From: a virus
Lineage: Duplodnaviria > Heunggongvirae > Uroviricota > Caudoviricetes
Length of the DNA stretch: 4,370 nt
IMG/VR virus record: IMGVR_UViG_2602041905_000001
Strand: one strand, 5' to 3'
Of this stretch, positions 1 to 4,370 are shown in pieces. How positions within the stretch are numbered: the first letter of the stretch is position 1; every line of letters begins with the position of its first letter. A program made the position numbers and the translations under genes. The notes below the pieces were generated by a model. The model saw only the letters and a list, made by a program, of their open reading frames with translations, was not told the origin of the DNA and made no database searches.

Positions 1-100
1 ACGAGGGATAAAACATCCCTCAAATTGGGGGATTGCTATCCCTCAAAACAGGGGGACACAAAAGACACTATTACAAAAGAAAAAAGAAAAGATTATTCGT
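1..100. repeat. ori-lambda-like origin: iterons (one partial at 1-9, two complete at about 15-33 and 38-56) followed by an AT-rich region (about 57-100), embedded in the O coding sequence
   Basis: Seen directly: ATCCCTCAAATTGGGGGAT and ATCCCTCAAAACAGGGGGA are each imperfect inverted repeats (ATCCCTC ... GGGGGAT) spaced about 23 bp apart; the window begins with the 3' half (ACGAGGGAT) of another copy. They are followed by a purine-rich AT block (acaaaagaaaaaagaaaagattatt). This is the known organisation of ori-lambda. Confidence 0.7.
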
Positions 101-522
101 CAGAGAATTCTGGCGAATCCTCTGACCAGCCAGAAAACGACCTTTCTGTGGTGAAACCGGATGCTGCAATTCAGAGCGGCAGCAAGTGGGGGACAGCAGA
201 AGACCTGACCGCCGCAGAATGGATGTTTGACATGGTGAAGACCATCGCGCCATCAGCCAGAAAACCGAATTTTGCAGGGTGGGCTAACGATATCCGCCTG
301 ATGCGTGAACGTGACGGACGTAACCATCGCGACATGTGTGTACTGTTCCGCTGGGCATGCCAGGACAACTTCTGGTCCGGTAACGTGCTGAGCCCGGCCA
401 AACTCCGCGACAAGTGGACCCAGCTCGAAATCAACCGTAACAAGCAACAGGCAGGTGTGACAGCCTGCAAACCAAAACTCGACCTGACAAACACTGACTG
501 GATTTACGGGGTGGATTTATGA
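1..522 (+). CDS. O: Replication initiator protein O (lambda-like), C-terminal portion; 5'-truncated by the window edge
   Basis: Frame 1 is open from nt 1 with no stop until TGA at 520-522, so the TTG 'start' at 25 in the ORF track is an artefact. The coding sequence contains ori-type iterons and an AT-rich stretch, as the lambda O gene does. The stop overlaps the next ATG (ATGA at 519-522). The protein tail (...KLDLTNTDWIYGVDL) matches my recollection of lambda O. Confidence 0.85.
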   Translation, partial: TRDKTSLKLGDCYPSKQGDTKDTITKEKRKDYSSENSGESSDQPENDLSVVKPDAAIQSGSKWGTAEDLTAAEWMFDMVKTIAPSARKPNFAGWANDIRLMRERDGRNHRDMCVLFRWACQDNFWSGNVLSPAKLRDKWTQLEINRNKQQAGVTACKPKLDLTNTDWIYGVDL

Positions 523-1274
523 AAAACATCGCCGCACAGATGGTTAATTTTGACCGTGAGCAGATGCGTCGGATCGCCAACAACATGCCGGAACAGTACG
601 ACGAAAAGCCGCAGGTACAGCAGGTAGCGCAGATCATCAACNNNNNNNNNNACGACGAAAAGCCGCAGGTACAGCAGGTAGCGCAGATCATCAACGGTGT
701 GTTCAGCCAGTTACTGGCAACTTTCCCGGCGAGTCTGGCTAACCGTGACCAGAACGAACTGAACGAAATCCGCCGCCAGTGGGTTCTGGCTTTCCGGGAA
801 AACGGGATCACCACAATGGAACAGGTTAACGCAGGAATGCGCGTAGCCCGTCGGCAGAATCGACCATTTCTGCCATCACCCGGGCAGTTTGTTGCATGGT
901 GCCGGGAAGAAGCATCCGTTATCGCCGGACTGCCAAACGTCAGCGAGCTGGTTGATATGGTTTACGAGTATTGCCGGAAGCGAGGCCTGTATCCGGATGC
1001 AGAGTCTTATCCGTGGAAATCGAACGCGCACTACTGGCTGGTTACCAACCTGTACCAGAACATGCGGGCCAATGCGCTGACTGACGCGGAATTACGACGC
1101 AAGGCTGCCGATGAACTGACCTGTATGACAGCGCGAATTAACCGTGGTGAGACGATACCTGAACCAGTAAAACAACTTCCTGTCATGGGCGGCAGACCTC
1201 TAAATCGTGTTCAGGCGCTGGCGAAGATCGCAGAAATTAAAGCTAAGTTAGGACTGAAAGGAGCAAGTGTATGA
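519..1274 (+). CDS. P: Replication protein P (DnaB helicase loader), lambda-like; the reading frame contains a 10-N gap and a 44-nt duplicated flank
   Basis: ATG at 519 overlaps the O stop; stop TGA at 1272-1274 overlaps the ren ATG. The protein (MKNIAAQMVNFDREQMRRIANNMPEQYDEKPQVQQVAQIIN...AKIAEIKAKLGLKGASV) matches lambda P from memory. The length is 251 aa against 233 aa recalled for lambda P; the 18 extra codons are exactly the 54 nt made up of the 44-nt duplicate plus 10 N. Confidence 0.9.
   Translation: MKNIAAQMVNFDREQMRRIANNMPEQYDEKPQVQQVAQIINXXXXDEKPQVQQVAQIINGVFSQLLATFPASLANRDQNELNEIRRQWVLAFRENGITTMEQVNAGMRVARRQNRPFLPSPGQFVAWCREEASVIAGLPNVSELVDMVYEYCRKRGLYPDAESYPWKSNAHYWLVTNLYQNMRANALTDAELRRKAADELTCMTARINRGETIPEPVKQLPVMGGRPLNRVQALAKIAEIKAKLGLKGASV
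642..651. other. Run of 10 N (assembly or scaffold gap) inside the P coding sequence
   Basis: Ten consecutive n characters at 642-651, flanked on both sides by the identical 44-nt sequence acgacgaaaagccgcaggtacagcaggtagcgcagatcatcaac (598-641 and 652-695). Confidence 0.9.
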
Positions 1275-1561
1275 CGGGCAAAGAGGCAATTATTCATTAC
1301 CTGGGGACGCATAATAGCTTCTGTGCGCCGGACGTTGCCGCGCTAACAGGCGCAACAGTAACCAGCATAAATCAGGCCGCGGCTAAAATGGCACGGGCAG
1401 GTCTTCTGGTTATCGAAGGTAAGGTCTGGCGAACGGTGTATTACCGGTTTGCTACCAAGGAAGAACGGGAAGGAAAGATGAGCACGAACCTGATTTTTAA
1501 GGAGTGTCGCCAGAGTGCCACGATGAAACGGATATTGGCGGTATATGGAGTTAAAAGATGA
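1271..1561 (+). CDS. ren: Ren protein (lambda-like; confers resistance to Rex exclusion)
   Basis: 96-aa ORF with ATG at 1271 in an ATGA overlap with the P stop, and an AAGGAG ribosome-binding site 8 nt upstream. The sequence MTGKEAIIHYLGTHNSFCAPDVAALTGATVTSINQAAAKMARAGLLVIEGKVW... matches lambda Ren in length and sequence as recalled. Confidence 0.85.
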   Translation: MTGKEAIIHYLGTHNSFCAPDVAALTGATVTSINQAAAKMARAGLLVIEGKVWRTVYYRFATKEEREGKMSTNLIFKECRQSATMKRILAVYGVKR

Positions 1562-1586
1562 CCATCTACATCACTGAGCTAATAAC

Positions 1587-1618
1587 AGGCCTGCAGGTAA
1601 TCGCAGGCCTTTTTATTT
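1587..1618 (+). terminator. Rho-independent terminator, tR2-like (between ren and ninB)
   Basis: Seen directly: an 8-bp GC-rich stem AGGCCTGC (1587-1594) / GCAGGCCT (1603-1610) with an 8-nt loop, followed immediately by TTTTATTT (1611-1618). The position between ren and ninB corresponds to lambda tR2. Confidence 0.75.
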
Positions 1619-1634
1619 GGGGGAGAGGGAAGTC

Positions 1635-2075
1635 ATGAAAAAACTAACCTTTGAAATTCGATCTCCGGCACATCAGCAAAACGCTATTCACGCAGTACAG
1701 CAAATCCTTCCAGACCCAACCAAACCAATCGTAGTAACCATTCAGGAACGCAACCGCAGCTTAGACCAAAACAGGAAGCTATGGGCCTGCTTAGGTGACG
1801 TCTCTCGTCAGGTTGAATGGCATGGTCGCTGGCTGGATGCAGAAAGCTGGAAGTGTGTGTTTACCGCAGCATTAAAGCAGCAGGATGTTGTTCCTAACCT
1901 TGCCGGGAATGGCTTTGTGGTAATAGGCCAGTCAACCAGCAGGATGCGTGTAAGCGAATTTGCGGAGCTATTAGAGCTTATACAGGCATTCGGTACAGAG
2001 CGTGGCGTTAAGTGGTCAGACGAAGCGCGACTGGCTCTCGAATGGAAAGCGCGATGGGGAGATCGGGCTGCATGA
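1635..2075 (+). CDS. ninB: NinB (Orf-family recombination mediator), lambda-like
   Basis: The likely true start is ATG at 1635 (MKKLTFEIRSPAHQQNAIHAVQQ...), preceded by GGGAGAGGGA; the TTG at 1617 in the ORF track lies inside the terminator T-run. This gives 146 aa, the length I recall for lambda NinB. The stop TGA at 2073-2075 overlaps the next ATG. Confidence 0.9.
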   Translation: MKKLTFEIRSPAHQQNAIHAVQQILPDPTKPIVVTIQERNRSLDQNRKLWACLGDVSRQVEWHGRWLDAESWKCVFTAALKQQDVVPNLAGNGFVVIGQSTSRMRVSEFAELLELIQAFGTERGVKWSDEARLALEWKARWGDRAA

Positions 2076-2599
2076 CTATCAAATCAAATACGCCAGCACA
2101 CGACAAGGACTGCTGGCAAACGCCGCTTTGGCTTTTTGATGCACTGGATATTGAGTTTGGATTCTGGCTGGATTCGGCAGCGAGCGACAAAAATGCTCTG
2201 TGCGCTCACTGGCTAACTGAGGACGACGACGCGCTCAATTCTGAGTGGGTAAGCCACGGTGCAATCTGGAATAACCCACCGTACAGCAATATCAGGCCGT
2301 GGGTGGAAAAAGCCGCTGAGCAGTGTATACAACAGCGACAGACGGTAGTGATGCTTGTGCCAGAGGATATGTCTGTCGGATGGTTCAGCAAGGCTCTGGA
2401 GAGTGTTGACGAAGTTCGTATTATCACTGATGGACGGATTAATTTTATCGAACCATCGACAGGGCTGGAGAAGAAGGGAAACAGCAAAGGCTCCATGCTG
2501 CTGATTTGGCGACCGTTCATCAGTCCTCGACGGATGTTTACTACCGTATCCAAAGCGGCATTGATGGCGATCGGGCAGGGCGTCAGGAGGGCTGCATGA
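2072..2599 (+). CDS. Phage DNA N6-adenine methyltransferase (small Dam-family orphan MTase), occupying the lambda ninC position
   Basis: 175-aa ORF from ATG at 2072 ([25 protein letters not shown]...). It contains the catalytic NPPY motif (IWNNPPYSN) typical of N6-adenine methyltransferases and resembles the small Dam proteins of lambdoid prophages. The start in the ORF track (2012) falls inside ninB and is unlikely. The stop overlaps the ninE ATG (ATGA at 2596-2599). Confidence 0.8.
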   Translation: MTIKSNTPAHDKDCWQTPLWLFDALDIEFGFWLDSAASDKNALCAHWLTEDDDALNSEWVSHGAIWNNPPYSNIRPWVEKAAEQCIQQRQTVVMLVPEDMSVGWFSKALESVDEVRIITDGRINFIEPSTGLEKKGNSKGSMLLIWRPFISPRRMFTTVSKAALMAIGQGVRRAA

Positions 2600-2772
2600 G
2601 ACGACAGCGACGAAGCATCACCGACATAATCTGCGAAAACTGCAAATACCTTCCAACGAAACGCTCCAGAAATAAACGCAAGCTAATCCCAAAAGAATCT
2701 GACGTAAAAACCTTCAATTACACAGCCCACCTGTGGGATATCCGGTGGCTAAGATATCGTGCGAGGAAATGA
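2596..2772 (+). CDS. ninE: NinE
   Basis: 58-aa ORF from ATG at 2596, with AGGAGG 5 nt upstream: [58 protein letters not shown]. It matches lambda/DLP12 NinE as recalled. The ORF track extends it 5' into the methyltransferase gene, which is unlikely. Confidence 0.8.
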   Translation: MRRQRRSITDIICENCKYLPTKRSRNKRKLIPKESDVKTFNYTAHLWDIRWLRYRARK

Positions 2773-2774
2773 CA

Positions 2775-3116
2775 ATGGATTATTCACAGTTAAGTGATTT
2801 TGAAATTAACAGAATGGTAGGAGACATAATTTTTAAAGGCCTTTGGGCAAGTAAACCGGAAACATCAGGGAATAACACCAACAAATGGTATTACGGAAAT
2901 GCTGATACAACTTTTGAGCCATTAAATCATTTGCCTGACTACTGCAATGATCCGAGCGCTTCATGGCCGATTATTGAGAAATACAGGATTTCTATCTTAG
3001 ACCAGTTAACTGAATGGTGTGTGGATGCAAAAGGCGTAAGCCCAATATTTGATACCAGACCTCTCCGCGCCGCCATGATTGTCTTTCTCCTGATGCAGGA
3101 GGCCAATAATGCTTAG
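2775..3116 (+). CDS. NinX-like (DUF2591-like) nin-region protein of unknown function
   Basis: Open frame ending at TAG 3114-3116. ATG at 2775 has GAGGA 7 nt upstream; the alternative ATG at 2769 forms an ATGA overlap with the ninE stop. The protein is [24 protein letters not shown]...LLMQEANNA. Its position between ninE and ninF matches the P22-type ninE-ninX-ninF order; the family assignment is from memory and unverified. The region is visibly AT-richer than the O-P-ren-ninB block. Confidence 0.6.
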   Translation: MDYSQLSDFEINRMVGDIIFKGLWASKPETSGNNTNKWYYGNADTTFEPLNHLPDYCNDPSASWPIIEKYRISILDQLTEWCVDAKGVSPIFDTRPLRAAMIVFLLMQEANNA

Positions 3117-3303
3117 CCCATCTCAATCCCTTCAATACCTGAAAGAAAGCATAGAGCGGGCTTCAATGTGCACAGAGTGGATTCTATCTAGGTTTAGCGC
3201 ATACAGAAGATTGCCGGTAAAGGGCATGCCAAGCAAGTCGATGCTGCATATGCAAAAGAATGCGCGCTGGAAGGTATGGCGAGAACACAGGTTATGTGGC
3301 TGA
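3109..3303 (+). CDS. Short ORF with a NinF-like N-terminus ([10 protein letters not shown]...) whose 3' half reads through a ybcO remnant in another frame; possibly a chimeric or degenerate gene
   Basis: ATG at 3109 with a strong AGGAGG ribosome-binding site 7 nt upstream. The first ~18 aa resemble the lambda NinF N-terminus as recalled, but the rest ([21 protein letters not shown]...) lacks the Cys-rich motif I remember in NinF and overlaps the out-of-frame ybcO tail. Confidence 0.45.
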   Translation: MLSPSQSLQYLKESIERASMCTEWILSRFSAYRRLPVKGMPSKSMLHMQKNARWKVWREHRLCG

Positions 3304-3326
3304 AAGAGGGGGTTATTAAGGCGTGA
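3240..3326 (+). pseudogene. ybcO: 3' remnant of a ybcO-like (DUF1364) gene: the last ~28 codons only, with no start codon
   Basis: The frame ending at TGA 3324-3326 encodes ...[28 protein letters not shown], matching the C-terminus of K-12 YbcO as recalled. Upstream, the same frame hits a TAG at 3195-3197 and shows no YbcO-like sequence or plausible start. Confidence 0.45.
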
Positions 3327-3685
3327 ATACCTACAGCATCACATTACCCTGGCCTCCGAGCAATAATCGCTATTACCGCCATAATCGCGGGCGCACGCAC
3401 GTCAGCGCAGAGGGGCAGGCATACCGCGATAACGTCGCCCGAATCATTAAAAACGCAATGCTGGATATCGGCCTGGCTATGCCTGTGAAAATCCGCATTG
3501 AGTGCCACATGCCGGATCGCCGTCGCCGTGACCTGGATAATCTGCAAAAAGCCGCTTTTGACGCACTCACTAAAGCAGGTTTCTGGCTGGATGATGCTCA
3601 GGTCGTTGATTACCGCGTTGTGAAGATGCCTGTTACCAAAGGTGGGAGGCTGGAACTGACCATCACCGAAATGGGGAATGAATGA
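3323..3685 (+). CDS. rusA: Crossover junction endodeoxyribonuclease RusA (Holliday junction resolvase)
   Basis: 120-aa ORF starting at GTG 3323, which overlaps the ybcO-frame stop as GTGA, with AGAGGGGG upstream. The protein [48 protein letters not shown]...[11 protein letters not shown] matches E. coli DLP12 RusA as recalled. Confidence 0.9.
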   Translation: MNTYSITLPWPPSNNRYYRHNRGRTHVSAEGQAYRDNVARIIKNAMLDIGLAMPVKIRIECHMPDRRRRDLDNLQKAAFDALTKAGFWLDDAQVVDYRVVKMPVTKGGRLELTITEMGNE

Positions 3686-3822
3686 TGTTTGAGTTTAATA
3701 TGGCAGAACTTCTTCGCCACCGCTGGGGGCGTCTGCGCTTATATCGTTTCCTCGGTTCTGTTTTGACCGATTACCGAATACTGAAGAATTACGCCAAAAC
3801 CCTGACAGGAACAGGAGTATGA
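3682..3822 (+). CDS. ylcG: YlcG-like small protein (46 aa); not present in the supplied ORF track
   Basis: ATG at 3682 overlaps the rusA stop (ATGA), followed by a second ATG; stop TGA at 3820-3822. The translation [46 protein letters not shown] matches DLP12 YlcG as recalled. It lies in the conserved position between rusA and Q. Confidence 0.6.
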   Translation: MMFEFNMAELLRHRWGRLRLYRFLGSVLTDYRILKNYAKTLTGTGV

Positions 3823-3907
3823 AGTCAGAGATAACAATCAACTAATACTGTTTTGTTGATTTTTGCTTGTAATTGGCGTTCTGGTCTGATTTTTGTGGAG
3901 TAAGTTG

Positions 3908-4291
3908 ATGCGTGATATTCAGATGGTTCTTGAGCGTTGGGGTGCGTGGGCGGCTAATAATCATGAAGATGTGACCTGGTCGTCCATTGCCGCCGGTTTT
4001 AAGGGATTAATTCCTTCAAAAGTAAAATCTCGCCCGCAATGTTGTGACGATGACGCGATGATCATTTGCGGGTGCATGGCCCGTCTGAAAAAGAACAACA
4101 GCGATTTACACGATTTATTAGTAGATTATTATGTATGTGGTATGACATTCATGTCACTGGCAAGTAAGCATTGCTGCTCGGATGGTTATATCGGGAAAAG
4201 GTTACAGAAGGCTGAGGGCATAATTGAAGGGATGTTAATGGCATTAGATATCCGGTTAGATATGGATATCGTTGCTAATAATTCTAATTGA
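3908..4291 (+). CDS. Q: Late-gene antitermination protein Q (short DLP12 quuD-type allele)
   Basis: 127-aa ORF from ATG 3908 with GGAG 7 nt upstream: [49 protein letters not shown]...DIVANNSN. It matches K-12 QuuD as recalled. The GTG at 3893 used in the ORF track is less likely given the ribosome-binding site spacing. Confidence 0.85.
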   Translation: MRDIQMVLERWGAWAANNHEDVTWSSIAAGFKGLIPSKVKSRPQCCDDDAMIICGCMARLKKNNSDLHDLLVDYYVCGMTFMSLASKHCCSDGYIGKRLQKAEGIIEGMLMALDIRLDMDIVANNSN

Positions 4292-4311
4292 TATGCAATT
4301 GTTTACTAAAA

Positions 4312-4342
4312 GTTATTAAAAATGGGGCGTGGAAACGCCCCC
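4312..4342 (-). terminator. Intrinsic terminator hairpin oriented for minus-strand transcription (convergent on the Q 3' end)
   Basis: Seen directly: a 7-bp stem GGGGCGT (4324-4330) / ACGCCCC (4335-4341) with a GGAA tetraloop. On the minus strand the hairpin is followed by ATTTTTAATAA. On the plus strand it is followed by CAAAATAAA, with no U-tract, so it is a poor terminator for Q. Confidence 0.5.
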
Positions 4343-4370
4343 AAAATAAAGGGTAATATATAACAGAAGG

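Noticed and set aside
171-494. Minus-strand ORFs of 107, 64 and 60 aa (171-494, 253-447, 71-253) antisense to the O gene
   Set aside because: They lie entirely inside the strongly supported O coding sequence on the opposite strand, with no ribosome-binding site or recognisable protein features. These are typical spurious antisense ORFs.
431-814. Minus-strand 127-aa ORF spanning the N gap
   Set aside because: It is antisense to P, and its translation runs through the N run and the duplicated flank, so it is an artefact of the open antisense frame.
889-1080. Plus-strand 63-aa ORF in an alternative frame inside P
   Set aside because: It is fully nested out of frame within the well-supported P gene, with no independent support.
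2206-2553. Minus-strand 115-aa ORF (and the 60-aa ORF at 2008-2190) antisense to the methyltransferase and ninB
   Set aside because: Both are nested antisense to genes with strong motif support (NPPY methyltransferase, NinB); there is no start context and the composition is low-complexity and Ser-rich.
25-2772. Extended N-termini proposed by the ORF track (TTG at 25, TTG at 1617, ATG at 2012, ATG at 2506, ATG at 2733, GTG at 3893)
   Set aside because: Each extension overlaps the preceding gene or a terminator and lacks a ribosome-binding site, whereas downstream ATG or GTG starts with proper ribosome-binding sites or ATGA coupling reproduce the known protein N-termini.
3344-3570. Two minus-strand ORFs (67 and 65 aa) antisense to rusA
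   Set aside because: They are nested antisense within rusA, a clear match to a known resolvase, and are most likely non-coding.
4288-4330. Possible late promoter PR' (TTGATA at 4288-4293 or TTTACT at 4302-4307 as -35 candidates) directly after Q
   Set aside because: No acceptable -10 hexamer lies at 16-18 bp spacing from either candidate: the best is AGTTAT, and the other spacing falls in the GC hairpin. This cannot be supported from sequence alone.
4355-4370. Window ends in ...acagaagg, which superficially resembles the start of an IS5 terminal repeat (GGAAGG...)
   Set aside because: Only about 5 nt are available, which is far too short to distinguish from chance; no IS sequence can be claimed.
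1-4370. Searched for CRISPR repeats, tRNA-like cloverleaf candidates and toxin-antitoxin or defence-system gene pairs
   Set aside because: There are no regularly spaced direct repeats, no tRNA-like structures in the intergenic regions, and no unassigned gene pairs; all the space is occupied by recognisable lambdoid early and nin genes.

Overview
This window reads as the early-right (replication / nin / Q) region of a mosaic lambdoid prophage, all on the + strand. The order is: 3' part of replication initiator O with ori-type iterons and an AT-rich block at the window start; helicase loader P, interrupted by a 10-N run; ren; a tR2-like intrinsic terminator; ninB; a small phage Dam-family N6-adenine DNA methyltransferase where lambda carries ninC; ninE; a NinX-like protein of unknown function; a short ORF with a NinF-like N-terminus that runs into a start-less ybcO 3' remnant; rusA; the small ORF ylcG (absent from the ORF track); and a short Q antiterminator of the DLP12 quuD type. 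A hairpin oriented as a minus-strand terminator sits after Q. The O-P-ren-ninB block matches phage lambda as I remember it, and the rusA-ylcG-Q block matches E. coli K-12 prophage DLP12; these are recalled from memory, not searched. Most gene junctions are 4-nt ATGA or GTGA stop/start overlaps, and the module exchanges appear to fall at these junctions. I found no tRNA, CRISPR array, IS element or recognisable defence operon. Every ORF over about 45 aa is accounted for by a known phage family, so I see no evidence of a new system here. The least-characterised pieces are the NinX-like gene, the NinF/ybcO scar and the orphan methyltransferase.
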